Shown here: positions 54,337 to 64,000 of the stretch, one piece after another
How positions within the stretch are numbered: the stretch's first letter is position 1
Layout: every line of letters begins with the position of its first letter
Notes under the pieces: generated by a model
The model's database searches: none
What the model saw: only the letters and a program-made list of their open reading frames with translations
Told to the model about the DNA's origin: nothing
DNA from: Minisyncoccota bacterium
GTDB lineage: Bacteria; Patescibacteriota; Minisyncoccia; Phycocordibacterales; UBA6065
Assembly: GCA_035438745.1 (NCBI GenBank)
Contig: DAORIX010000002.1
Coordinates: 1,830-65,829 of the forward strand
Length of the DNA: 64,000 nt
Direction of reading: 5' to 3'
Position numbers and translations under genes: made by a program

Positions 54337-57300
54337 TTAAGGGGTTTCAGGTGCTGGTTCTGGAGCAGGTTCAGGATCTGGGGTTGGAGCTGGCTCTGGA
54401 TCAGGTGTTGACTCCGGTGTCGGTTCTGGATCAGGAGTAGGTGTTGGTTCAGGGGTCGGAGTAGGTTCAGGATCTGGGGTTGGAGCTGGCTCTGGATCAG
54501 GTGTTGACTCCGGTGTCGGTTCTGGATCAGGAGTAGGTGTTGGTTCAGGGGTCGGAGTAGGTTCAGGATCTGGGGTTGGAATTATTGGACTTGTTGTTGT
54601 CGCTCCACACTCTCCTGCCTCAGACTGCATCACACCGTTTGCGATAAACATACAAACAGATTCGCCTGTAATACGATCGGTCACCGTGATACCCGCAGTA
54701 CTCCTGTCATCAGGAACAATCTTGAGAGATTTCGCGGTAACAGCATTCGCCACAAGATTGTTTACCGTTATTGTTTCTGCGAATATGTCGGTAAAGCGCG
54801 CAATCGTATTTTCAAACACTACACCAATCTGAGTAAACCACTCTGAAACTATTGAAATAGTTGTCGATGCTGTTGTTGAAGCAGTAGTTGTTCCTGAGAG
54901 AGCCTCGAATGTCGATGTTGCAGTTGTTGAAGACATTATAGAAGCGAGGAGATTTGCTGTGGCGTCGAGGCGAGCTTCGAGTGTTGTTACGCGATCAGAC
55001 AAAGCATCGATTACACGAACCTGTTCCTGAACACCAGCGAGGATGTAGGTAGAAAGTTTATAAATATCTACACCCTTACCTCCAGGAGCGAGAACTTCGA
55101 GTGGAGCCTCTTCTGCAATGAGACCGAGGCGAAGAGGTTCTGAACCTGACTCAGTGTTGTAGTGATACGTTGCAACTCCAATATTTCGAATGGTATCCAA
55201 GACAGAAGCTTTCTCTTCTTGTGACAAGTACGTAATATCTTTCTTTGCATCTCGTGTTGAAACATTTACAAACGATGTCGCCGCAACATCACCATCTACA
55301 TAGAGTTTGTATGCTGCCGAAGTAGTACCGAATCCTGCATGACCATTCGCGTCAATCACAAAGACCTCGTCACCTTCATTGTCCTTGAGAATAAGTTTTT
55401 GAAGTACAGAAGGATTGAGATCGCCTTCAGTAAACGCAAAGCTGTTTGCGAACACCAAGTCGCCCGTATAGGTATTTCCTGTTGTACGGAGATTTCCCTT
55501 GACCCATAGGTTTGAAGAGTACGTTGATGTTGAGTTTGCGCCAGTACCCAAGACATCGAGATAACCAAAGATTGTTGATGTAGCGCTTGTTGATGTTGCG
55601 GTGAACTTTTCTGCAACAACAGCACCTGCAACTGACAACTTTGCATATGGAGATGATGTTCCAATACCTACAGCGGTATTTTTTATACCTCCCGCACCGT
55701 TTGATTCAGCGTACACAGTAAGAAGTGGATCGCCGTTGATAGCTGCGGTGTAGCTCTGCTTTGTACCATCTGCTGACGCTGACGTTACTGGCATATCTGT
55801 CCATGTCACAATACCTGCATCAGAATCAAATGTTGTGATACCCAACTGAAGGTTATCGATGTTCGTTACTCCTGATGAGAAGTCATAACGAAGAGATCCG
55901 TTACCCACATTGAATCCTCCAGCAAATGTTGAAGTAGCTGTTGTTGATGTTGCAGTGAACTTTTCTGCAACTACCTCACCTACAACTGACAACTTTGCGT
56001 ATGGAGATGTCGTACCGATACCAACGTTTCCGTTACCCGAAACGATGAAGAGTGTTGATGTCGCAAGGTTGGTTGATGATGTTGCAATGACAAAGAGAGG
56101 AGTAGCTACCGCTCCATTATGTGAACCAACAGAAAGCTTTGCGTATGGTGATGTGGTACCTACGCCAACTGTTCCAGCGACAAGTGTTCCAACAGAACTT
56201 CCTTTTGTACCGGCACCAACAAATAATTTGCCAGCCTCTCCTCGAGAAATACCTATATCTTTTGTTGACCACCACTGATCATTACCCCAACCAACAATTG
56301 CCTGATATCCCAAATTGACTCCTCGAGGATAGTTAGCGGACTCAGTACTACTATCAACGAGCATCGCTGTCTGATCATCTAGCGTACCCAAGTTAGAAGA
56401 ACCAATAAGACCATCCTCACGAATAAAGGCAACTTGTACTCCTGATGAGTTATTGATACGGAGGACAGGATTAGCAGTACCTCCTCCCACGTTACCTGCT
56501 GCTCCCTGAATAGTCACACGAGTATTTGTTGTACCTCTAAAGAAAGCAGTAGCCGCAGTAGCAGAACTCAACACTGAGAACGTATTAAACGGAGTTGTAG
56601 TTCCTACTCCCACATTTCCAAATCGATCAACAATAAACACTGTGCTTGTGGCAGTACCTGCTGTTGAAGATGCGATAACAAAGAAAGGAGAGACAGGATT
56701 TGTTGTAGTAGAAACAGAGAGTATTCCCCATGGAGACGTGGTACCGAGACCCATTCTGTATGCAGAGTTGGTGTAGATAGAGAGAGCATCTAGAGTAGAT
56801 GTTGCCCACTTTGAATTTGCACTACCTCCGCCTCCCGCACCGCCGTCATCATCAGAACAAACAACTTGTCCCAAAGCATTTGTAGTGAGGGCTCCACCGT
56901 TGGTGTTTCCTGTACAGTTAAGTCCTGTTATAACAAGGGCAGTGGTTGATGCAGTACCTGTGGCAGTGAGGTTACCTCCGATGTATGCATTGCCGGCTAC
57001 AGAAAGACGGGTGAATGGCGTAGATGTACCAATACCAATTCTGCCACCTTGCACAATCCTCATTGCTTCAGATTGCGCAGGAGAAAATGCAATAAAGTTT
57101 GCTGTTCCGCCTGTGTAATTAGTCGTAACGTTAAGATAATTGTCTCCGCTATTATTAAAGAGAAGCTGAGCGTTTTGACTCGTTGCACCACTGCCGAGCT
57201 GCAAGAGGCCGTTTGTAGAATAGATACCTGTGTCCACACCAAGTGATCCAGAAACACTAAGATTTCCTGTTGTTGTCGCACCACCAGAAATAGTGAGACC

Positions 57301-60300
57301 TCCGTTTTGAGCACCGTTTCCAATAGTTGATGAAGCTGAAACGAGTATGCCGAGTGTTGTTGTTGGAGCGAGATAACCGTTAGTGATCTCCCATGCTTTA
57401 CCGAATGTAAGTCCGCTACCACCTACTGATCCTGTGATACATGATCCGTTAATAGCGAAACATCCTCCAGTAAGATTGAATCCAACGTTTGAGGTTGATG
57501 TAGCAGAGCCTGAGATGTTGAGGCCTGAGAGTGTTGTGGTACCAAAGCCTGTAGCTGATACAGAGAGGAGCGTTGTTGAGGCGCTTGAAGTAACTTCAAA
57601 GGCACGACCCGTTGTTGTTGCCCATACAGAGAGACGAGCATATGGAGTGGTTGTTCCAATTCCTACTGCACTATTTTGTATACCTCCAACACCGTTTGAT
57701 TCTGCGTAAACAGTAAGGAGAGGATTTCCGTTAATTTCTGCAGTGTAGCTATGCTTTGTAGCGAGAGGAGATGCTGCGGTCACTGGCATATCTGTCCATG
57801 TCACGATACCTGAGTCTGTATCAAAGGTAGTGAGGCCGAGTTGGAGATTATCGATGCTTGTGACGTTTGATGAGAAATCATATCTCAAAGATCCATTACC
57901 AACATCGAGTCCTCCAGCAAAGGTTGATGTTGCTGTCGTTGATGTTGCGGTGAAATTACGCGCAACTACTTCACCGACAACTGAAAGTTTTGCGTATGGA
58001 GTTGTAGTACCGATACCAACGCTTCCATTAAAGTATGCATTGCCGGTAGTAGTTGAGTTTCCAGAAACAGTGAGACCTCCCTGTCCTGTACCATTTCCGA
58101 TTGTTGATGAAGCTGAAACGAGAACACCGAGAGTGGTTGTAGGTCGGAGTGAACCAGCAACTATAGACCAGTCACGGAATTGTGAAGCGTAATAATCTTG
58201 TGATGTTGTAGCCCATGATCCAGCAGCTGCTCCACAAGCAGAACCTGTACCTGATACCTGACCAAGAGAGTTCACTTGGAGACACTGAGTAGAGCCGGTT
58301 ATTGAAGTGATAGTGAGATTCGTTGTGGTTGCAGTGCCTGTAGCAAAGAGATTTGCGACAGTGAGATTACCTGAGAAGAGGCCGTTACCCTGTACTGAAA
58401 GTTTCGTTGCTGGGGTTGTTGTACCGATAGCCATATTTCCTGCAAAGTAACCATCTCCGTTGTCGAGGTCCACAAATGCAACGTTCGTGTTGTTTCCCAT
58501 CCACTGGAACTTATTCTCAGGATTATTCCAATACAAACCGTATGTATCGTAATTGGTAGATCCGATAAAGAAAGACATTACATATCGACTCGAGCTTGCA
58601 TCAAATCTCCAACGACCAGTTGAACTAATATCTCCTACAATTTCGAGAGCATCGCGAGGAGCCGGTGCGTTTATACCAACCCTTCCGTTATTAAGTACGG
58701 TGAAGAGTGTGGTTGTTGAGTTTGACGTAGATGACGCTATAGAGAAGAGAGATGTGTTGGTTTCTCCGTTGTATGCATGCACAGAAAGTTTTGAGACAGG
58801 AGTTGAGGTACCAATGCCAACATTTCCAGTTGATGATATTCTCATTCTTTCAGTATTGTTTGTACCGAAGAGAATACTGTTAGCGCTGTTGTTACCGATA
58901 AGCAAGTTTGTAGAAGAAATAAGAGATGAAACCGCAAAAGAGCTTACTCCCCACACTGAACCCGTAGCACCTGCTCCATACATTCTCAAAGTAAGGTTCG
59001 ATGCAGCTCCAAGACTCTGGAGAACAAGGTTCGCAGAACCGCTCGCACCGTTTGATGTCTCCTGAACTTCGATACCTGAATGTGCATTAGCAGTGCTCTT
59101 TATTTTCAAAAGCGCATTAGAAAGTGTTCCGCTGTATGTACCACCAATAGCCATTACACCTGTAGTAGTTGAGTTTCCAGAAACAGTGAGACCTCCCTGT
59201 CCTGTACCATTTCCGATTGTTGAAGAAGCTGAGACGAGGACACCGAGAGTGGTTGTAGGTCGGAGGTATCCGTTGAATATTGAGAAATCACGGAATTGTG
59301 AAGCGTAATAATCTTGTGAGGTTGTAGCCCATGATCCAGCAGCTGCTCCACAGGCAGAACCTGTGCCAGATACCTGACCGAGAGAGTTCACTTGGAGACA
59401 CTGAGTAGAGCCGGTGATTGAGGTGATAGCGAGGTTGGTGGTTGATGCGGTGCCTGTAGCGGTGAGGTTTCCTCCGATGTATGCAGAGCCGGCTACTGAG
59501 AGACGTGCGAATGGAGATGAGGTTGCGATACCGAAGTTACCAGCACTAGAGAACTTGAAGCGTTCCATGTAATTAGCACCTCCATCTAGATTGCCCCATG
59601 CCAATCCCTCATCCTGAGTGGTTGAAGCAAACCAGAAAACAGATGGAGTATCTTGATTTGAAATAAAGAATTGAGGTGACTGAGTTGAGTAGGCTATCAT
59701 ACCAAGCATAGAAGAAACTTCGCCAACAAAGACAGACTCACTATCTACAATTAAATTTGTAGTTCTCAACATATCGCCGAGAACAGTCAAAGATCCCGTC
59801 GTCGTAGCACCACCAGAAATAGTGAGGCCTCCCTGTCCTGTACCATTTCCAATTGTTGAAGAAGCTGAAATGAGCACACCGAGTGTTGTTGTCGGACGAA
59901 GTGAGCCTGCGACTATAGACCAATCACGGAATTGCGAGTTGTAGAAGTTAGCTGAAGTTGTAGCCCATGATGAAGATCCTGCTCCGCAGGCAGAACCTGT
60001 TCCTGATACCTGACCGAGAGAGTTGACTTGGAGACATTGAGTAGAGCCGGTGATTGAGGTGATAGCGAGGTTGGTGGTTGATGCGGTGCCTGTAGCAAAG
60101 AGATTTGCGACAGTGAGATTGCCTGAGAAGAGACCATTACCCTGGACTGAGAGTGTGGTAAATGGCGTTGAGGTGCCAATGCCTATACTGCCCGAATCTG
60201 TAATTCTTAGACGTTCTAATTTTGTGGTGCCACCACTGAGAGTGGTGTCAAAAGTGATGTATGTTCCTTGATTTGTTGTTGACCAACCCTCTGCTGTTTT

Positions 60301-63300
60301 GAAAGAAATACTTGCCTTAGAAGCACTTGTAAATGATTGCCCTGTATGGCCGCGACCTCCAAATACCATAAGGTCTTGATTCGCAGTAACAGCAGAAGGA
60401 GAATCAGATGTTCCTCCTGATCTTCGTCCGATTAAACCAACTCCAGTTGTATTGCTATACAAATCAAGCAACATTGCGCCTGATGATTGTGTAAACACGG
60501 TATGGAATCTTGACTCTGGGCTTGTTGTTCCCACACCCACATTTCCAAACTTGTCTACAATAAACACAGTGCTTGTGGCAGTGCCTGCTGTTGAGCTTGC
60601 GATAACAAAGAATGGTGTAGCAGGATTTGTGGTGGTAGCTATTGAGAGTTGTGCCCACGGAGTTGTAGTACCGAGACCGATAGTACCAGTGATAAAGGCT
60701 CCTGAAATGTCATTTGATGTTCCGCTTCCAAGAGAAAGCTTTCCATCTGAAAGTCGAGTAAGGACAGTATCAAAGTCATTAAGGAACGGCTGTCCTATAC
60801 TCAAAGCGCCATTTAGAGCAACCAACGTATCAGTTCCAGTCAATATAGGAGTGTTATCAGGTCTCTGTATAGAAATATTTCCTAGGCCAGGATTCGTTGA
60901 ACCATCCATCAACTTGAAACCAAAAGATCCAGACCCTGATGTAAATGCTGCATATGGTGCTCCAATATTAGGTGTAGAAAAAGCAGAGGCATATGCATTA
61001 CCTGTGGTCGTTGAGTTTCCAGAAATAGTGAGTCCTCCCTGTCCTGTACCGTTTCCAATTGTTGAAGACGCTGAAACGAGAATACCGAGAGTTGTTGTTG
61101 GACGGAGTGAGCCGGCGACTATAGACCAATCACGGAACTGTGAGTTGTAGAAGTTAGCTGACGTTGTTGAGAACGCTGAAAGAGACTGCTGTGTGAGCCA
61201 GTAGTTAGATGAGGTTGTTGAGAATGAGAGACCTTGTGAAGCGAAGTATGAAGCTGATGTGGTAGACCAACGAGAAAGTGTAGAGTCCCAGTATGCAGCT
61301 GAGGTTGTTGAGAAGAAGTTGTTAACTGACTTCCAGTAGTCAGATGATGTTGTTGACCATGCAAATGCAGAGGTGAGGTAGTCTGTACCTGCTACAGCTG
61401 GTACTACTTGGCCGAGAGCGTTTGTTTTGAGGAGAGTACCGAGTACGTTGGTGATGCTGAGGTTAGTTGTGGTTGCTGTACCTGTAGCGGTGAGGTTACC
61501 TCCGATGTATGCATCGCCGGCTACTGAGAGACGCTTGAATGGAGATGTTGTACCTACACCCACAAAACCAGAAACTGCAGATGCTCCGAGGATGGTGAGC
61601 TTTGCATCATTTGATGGGCCAATCTGAGTTGATGACGCTGTGCTGTTTGTAATTCCCCATCCAATTGCGCTCGCACCTACTGCAGAAACGGTATTTCCTA
61701 CACCGAGAGTGATTGAGTTTACTGTGTTGATACTGTTGTTTGAACCAATACCAATTGAGCGGCGTCCTGCAATGAGATTTGCTGTACCGATAGCGATTGA
61801 ATCCTGCTGATTTGCTTCTGCGGTATAACCAATAGCCACAGAGTTTACTCCAGCTGCAATAGAAGTATTACCGATAGCTGTTGCGCGTGACTGGCTTGCT
61901 GTGTTTTGGAAACCGATAGCGGTTGTCTCGGTAAACGACGCGATGTTTCCATAACCAACAGCAGTGATGAATGAGCTTGAAACATTGTTTCCGATACCGA
62001 GAGCGGTTGAGCTGTCTTGGCTGATGCTGTTACCCTGTCCAAAAGACATACCAAAGTTACCAGTGATGTTGTTGTTGATACCGACAGACACTGCGTTTGT
62101 TCCTCCTGCTGTGTTGAGGAGACCAAATGCAACTGACTGATTTCCGCTCGTCACTTGAGTGAGAGCTGAACGATATCCCTGAACGTCGATAGATCCAATT
62201 CCACGAGCATCTCCCGTTGTGTCTCCGATAGCAACAACACTATTTGCTGAACCGATATTGAGTCCTCCATATATAGACACTTTTGCTGTTGCCTCAGGTG
62301 TTGTGGTGCCTATAGCAACTCCGCCAGCTATATAAGCGTCACCCGTCGTTGTAGCACCACCAGAAATAGTGAGACCTCCATTTTGTGTTCCAGAGCCGAT
62401 GGTTGAAGAAGCTGAGACGAGAACACCAAGTGTTGTGGTTGGACGAAGTGTTCCAGATACAACGTTCCAATCTTTAAATGCTGATGAGATGTAGTCTGTA
62501 CCTGCTACAGCTGGTACTACCTGACCGATAGCGTTTGTTTTGAGGAGAGTGCTGAGTGCGCTTGTGATGCTGAGGTTAGTTGTGGTTGCTGTACCTGTAG
62601 CGAGAAGGTTTGCGAGAGTTACGTTGCCTGAGAAGAGACCATTGCCTTGTACTGAGAGTGTGGTTGCCGGAGTAGTTGTTCCCACACCAACACTGCCAGC
62701 AAAATATGACTTAGCTGTTGCGTTTGAATAGAGGGCGTAATTGTCAGCACCAGTAGCCGGTCCTTCTATCTGAATACCATAATTTGTAGTTCCGCCAGTA
62801 GAATACGCGTAGAGACCTGTATTTAAAGTAGCTCCTACTCCAGTAGCGAGGCCGACAACTCCATAATTGTTACCAGAAGTTGAGAGGCTCTCAGAGCGAA
62901 TCAGTCCTTGGCCTGAAGCTGAAGTTGAGCGCACATGTAGTTTTGACTCTGAACTTGGAGTAATGATTCCGACTCCTATGGTTCCCGCAAAATATGCATT
63001 ACCAGTCGTTGTCGCACCACCAGAAATGGTGAGTCCTCCATTTTGAGCACCGTTTCCAATAGTCGAAGAAGCAGAGATGAGAACACCAAGAGTCGTTGTT
63101 GGACGAAGAGTTCCTGCGACTATAGACCAATCACGGAACTGTGAGTTGTAGAAGTTTTGTGAAGTAGTCGAGAACGCAAGTCCCTGTGAAGCGAAGTATG
63201 AAGCTGAGGTTGTTGAGAAGAATTCACCGAGGAGAGCAGAAGTGATGAGACCGTTTGAATTAGTCTTGAGGAATGAAGATGCGAGTCCTGAGAGAACGAG

Positions 63301-64000
63301 GTTGGTTGTCGTTGCGTTTGTTGTTGTGCTGTTGGTGATTGTGAGTGAGCCGATGGTTGATGAAGCAGTGAGGATGAGTCCACGAGTTGTTGTAGGTGCG
63401 AGATATCCATTGCCTTGAACAGTGAGAGCGTTAAAGAGTGAAGCGTAGTAGTTTTGTGATGTTGTAGCCCAGCCAGTGAGTGTGAGAGAACCTCCGAGTG
63501 ATACTGATCCTCCACCGGTGATACCACCAGCGGTGTTCAAAGTAATAGATGAGTTTTGAAGTTGTGCGTTTCCAATAGTAGATGTAGCAACAACTCGTCC
63601 AGAAGCATTCACTGAAAGGAGTGATGATGTGATTCCTGTGATAGCGAGGTTGGTTGTGGTTGCGTTTGTGGTTGTACCGTTTGTGACAGAAAGATTGTTG
63701 ATTGTAGATGATGCGGTGACGAAGATTCCTCGAGTGGTTGTAGGAGCGAGAGCGCCGAATGAGTTGATAGACCAGTCACGGAATGATGATGAGAGGTAGT
63801 CTACTCCTTCTACTGCATTTGAGAGCACACCTGAAGTTGATTTAATGATGCCGTTTGAGAGAGCGGTGAGTGTGACTGTACCCGTAGCAGTGAGGTTACC
63901 TCCGATGTATGCATCTCCTGCGACTGAGAGGCGTGCGAATGGAGATGTGGTAGCGATACCAAGGTTGGCGGTTGATCCAGGAGCAGAGGTAAAATGCCCT
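54337..64000 (-). CDS. Giant tail-fibre-like surface protein (more than 3163 aa; N-terminus lies beyond the window end)
   Basis: Uninterrupted minus-strand ORF running to the window edge, with extremely Thr/Ser/Gly-rich beta-type repeats. A ~150-200-aa module recurs at least 6 times at near identity ([44 protein letters not shown] ... [38 protein letters not shown]). A C-terminal peptidase-S74 (endosialidase chaperone) domain lies at ~54960..55265 ([37 protein letters not shown] ... [12 protein letters not shown]). A P/T/E-rich tail follows. Confidence 0.85.
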   Translation of the reverse strand, partial: GHFTSAPGSTANLGIATTSPFARLSVAGDAYIGGNLTATGTVTLTALSNGIIKSTSGVLSNAVEGVDYLSSSFRDWSINSFGALAPTTTRGIFVTASSTINNLSVTNGTTTNATTTNLAITGITSSLLSVNASGRVVATSTIGNAQLQNSSITLNTAGGITGGGSVSLGGSLTLTGWATTSQNYYASLFNALTVQGNGYLAPTTTRGLILTASSTIGSLTITNSTTTNATTTNLVLSGLASSFLKTNSNGLITSALLGEFFSTTSASYFASQGLAFSTTSQNFYNSQFRDWSIVAGTLRPTTTLGVLISASSTIGNGAQNGGLTISGGATTTGNAYFAGTIGVGIITPSSESKLHVRSTSASGQGLIRSESLSTSGNNYGVVGLATGVGATLNTGLYAYSTGGTTNYGIQIEGPATGADNYALYSNATAKSYFAGSVGVGTTTPATTLSVQGNGLFSGNVTLANLLATGTATTTNLSITSALSTLLKTNAIGQVVPAVAGTDYISSAFKDWNVVSGTLRPTTTLGVLVSASSTIGSGTQNGGLTISGGATTTGDAYIAGGVAIGTTTPEATAKVSIYGGLNIGSANSVVAIGDTTGDARGIGSIDVQGYRSALTQVTSGNQSVAFGLLNTAGGTNAVSVGINNNITGNFGMSFGQGNSISQDSSTALGIGNNVSSSFITAVGYGNIASFTETTAIGFQNTASQSRATAIGNTSIAAGVNSVAIGYTAEANQQDSIAIGTANLIAGRRSIGIGSNNSINTVNSITLGVGNTVSAVGASAIGWGITNSTASSTQIGPSNDAKLTILGASAVSGFVGVGTTSPFKRLSVAGDAYIGGNLTATGTATTTNLSITNVLGTLLKTNALGQVVPAVAGTDYLTSAFAWSTTSSDYWKSVNNFFSTTSAAYWDSTLSRWSTTSASYFASQGLSFSTTSSNYWLTQQSLSAFSTTSANFYNSQFRDWSIVAGSLRPTTTLGILVSASSTIGNGTGQGGLTISGNSTTTGNAYASAFSTPNIGAPYAAFTSGSGSFGFKLMDGSTNPGLGNISIQRPDNTPILTGTDTLVALNGALSIGQPFLNDFDTVLTRLSDGKLSLGSGTSNDISGAFITGTIGLGTTTPWAQLSIATTTNPATPFFVIASSTAGTATSTVFIVDKFGNVGVGTTSPESRFHTVFTQSSGAMLLDLYSNTTGVGLIGRRSGGTSDSPSAVTANQDLMVFGGRGHTGQSFTSASKASISFKTAEGWSTTNQGTYITFDTTLSGGTTKLERLRITDSGSIGIGTSTPFTTLSVQGNGLFSGNLTVANLFATGTASTTNLAITSITGSTQCLQVNSLGQVSGTGSACGAGSSSWATTSANFYNSQFRDWSIVAGSLRPTTTLGVLISASSTIGNGTGQGGLTISGGATTTGSLTVLGDMLRTTNLIVDSESVFVGEVSSMLGMIAYSTQSPQFFISNQDTPSVFWFASTTQDEGLAWGNLDGGANYMERFKFSSAGNFGIATSSPFARLSVAGSAYIGGNLTATGTASTTNLAITSITGSTQCLQVNSLGQVSGTGSACGAAAGSWATTSQDYYASQFRDFSIFNGYLRPTTTLGVLVSASSTIGNGTGQGGLTVSGNSTTTGVMAIGGTYSGTLSNALLKIKSTANAHSGIEVQETSNGASGSANLVLQSLGAASNLTLRMYGAGATGSVWGVSSFAVSSLISSTNLLIGNNSANSILFGTNNTERMRISSTGNVGIGTSTPVSKLSVHAYNGETNTSLFSIASSTSNSTTTLFTVLNNGRVGINAPAPRDALEIVGDISSTGRWRFDASSSRYVMSFFIGSTNYDTYGLYWNNPENKFQWMGNNTNVAFVDLDNGDGYFAGNMAIGTTTPATKLSVQGNGLFSGNLTVANLFATGTATTTNLTITSITGSTQCLQVNSLGQVSGTGSACGAAAGSWATTSQDYYASQFRDWSIVAGSLRPTTTLGVLVSASSTIGNGTGQGGLTVSGNSTTTGNAYFNGSVGIGTTTPYAKLSVVGEVVARNFTATSTTATSTFAGGLDVGNGSLRYDFSSNVTSIDNLQLGLTTFDTDSGIVTWTDMPVTAASPLATKHSYTAEINGNPLLTVYAESNGVGGIQNSAVGIGTTTPYARLSVWATTTGRAFEVTSSASTTLLSVSATGFGTTTLSGLNISGSATSTSNVGFNLTGGCFAINGSCITGSVGGSGLTFGKAWEITNGYLAPTTTLGILVSASSTIGNGAQNGGLTISGGATTTGNLSVSGSLGVDTGIYSTNGLLQLGSGATSQNAQLLFNNSGDNYLNVTTNYTGGTANFIAFSPAQSEAMRIVQGGRIGIGTSTPFTRLSVAGNAYIGGNLTATGTASTTALVITGLNCTGNTNGGALTTNALGQVVCSDDDGGAGGGGSANSKWATSTLDALSIYTNSAYRMGLGTTSPWGILSVSTTTNPVSPFFVIASSTAGTATSTVFIVDRFGNVGVGTTTPFNTFSVLSSATAATAFFRGTTNTRVTIQGAAGNVGGGTANPVLRINNSSGVQVAFIREDGLIGSSNLGTLDDQTAMLVDSSTESANYPRGVNLGYQAIVGWGNDQWWSTKDIGISRGEAGKLFVGAGTKGSSVGTLVAGTVGVGTTSPYAKLSVGSHNGAVATPLFVIATSSTNLATSTLFIVSGNGNVGIGTTSPYAKLSVVGEVVAEKFTATSTTATSTFAGGFNVGNGSLRYDFSSGVTNIDNLQLGITTFDSDAGIVTWTDMPVTSASADGTKQSYTAAINGDPLLTVYAESNGAGGIKNTAVGIGTSSPYAKLSVAGAVVAEKFTATSTSATSTIFGYLDVLGTGANSTSTYSSNLWVKGNLRTTGNTYTGDLVFANSFAFTEGDLNPSVLQKLILKDNEGDEVFVIDANGHAGFGTTSAAYKLYVDGDVAATSFVNVSTRDAKKDITYLSQEEKASVLDTIRNIGVATYHYNTESGSEPLRLGLIAEEAPLEVLAPGGKGVDIYKLSTYILAGVQEQVRVIDALSDRVTTLEARLDATANLLASIMSSTTATSTFEALSGTTTASTTASTTISIVSEWFTQIGVVFENTIARFTDIFAETITVNNLVANAVTAKSLKIVPDDRSTAGITVTDRITGESVCMFIANGVMQSEAGECGATTTSPIIPTPDPEPTPTPEPTPTPDPEPTPESTPDPEPAPTPDPEPTPTPEPTPTPDPEPTPESTPDPEPAPTPDPEPAPEPAPETP
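54366..54590. repeat. 96-nt tandem repeat (~2.3 copies) encoding the [32 protein letters not shown] tail
   Basis: Direct tandem duplication seen in the sequence (ggttcaggatctggggttggagctggctctggatcaggtgttgactccggtgtcggttctggatcaggagtaggtgttggttcaggggtcggagta, twice). Confidence 0.8.
57000..63900. repeat. Large near-identical intragenic direct repeats (0.6-1.2-kb modules, 5 or more copies) inside the giant gene
   Basis: Long identical stretches recur. For example, ...gactatagaccaatcacggaa(c/t)tg(c/t)ga ... gcagaacctgt(a/t)cctgatacctgacc(a/g)agagagtt(c/g)acttggagaca(c/t)tgagtagagccggt(t/g)attga(a/g)gtgatag... is seen at ~58150, ~59270 and ~59890, with partial copies at ~61090 and ~63110. This explains the many antisense ORFs in the track. 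Confidence 0.75.

Noticed and set aside
54366-54590. Possible CRISPR-like short tandem repeats
   Set aside because: It is a 96-nt coding tandem duplication with no unique spacers. It encodes a PTPDPEP low-complexity tail.
55068-63527. Numerous 60-230-aa ORFs on both strands inside the giant fibre gene (e.g. 58553..59065, 60452..61150, 63120..63527)
   Set aside because: The repetitive Thr/Ser/Gly-rich coding sequence produces stop-poor alternative frames. All are nested in one continuous 9.5-kb ORF.

Overview
This 64-kb window reads as a small-genome, Gram-positive-type bacterium (no outer-membrane genes). Several core proteins are shortened: MreD is 84 aa, HolB 227 aa, ProS lacks the editing domain, and the PriA homolog has dead ATPase motifs. 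The window also has a tRNA intron and two >2,800-aa surface proteins, which is typical of CPR/Patescibacteria-like episymbionts (inference). The first ~25 kb is a dense housekeeping block, mostly on the minus strand. It contains a partial Mur ligase gene, the dcw core (mraZ-rsmH-ftsL-ftsI), lysS, greA, mrdA-mreDCB, proS, rseP, frr, a short holB, a second mreB paralog, an XRE-HTH::MurA fusion, a PriA-like protein, def-fmt, cyclophilin, hpf and an orphan histidine kinase. From ~25 kb onward the content is accessory. It contains a 2899-aa TcB/TcC-like RHS polymorphic toxin with a downstream immunity candidate. It contains an AT-rich ~5.7-kb putative integrated element (DUF3800 and a large serine recombinase) that abuts a tRNA-Asn(GUU) gene. 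That tRNA-Asn gene is split by a ~579-nt group I intron encoding an HNH endonuclease. It contains a putative cobalamin-capture operon (two DUF4430 proteins, one fused to a prenyltransferase-like alpha/alpha toroid, plus a small ECF S-component-like membrane protein) preceded by a promoter, a riboswitch-like leader and an attenuator hairpin. It contains two tandem LamG-repeat secreted paralogs. It contains the 3' part of a >3163-aa tail-fibre-like protein with a C-terminal peptidase-S74 intramolecular-chaperone domain and massive near-identical internal repeats. No rRNA or CRISPR array was seen.
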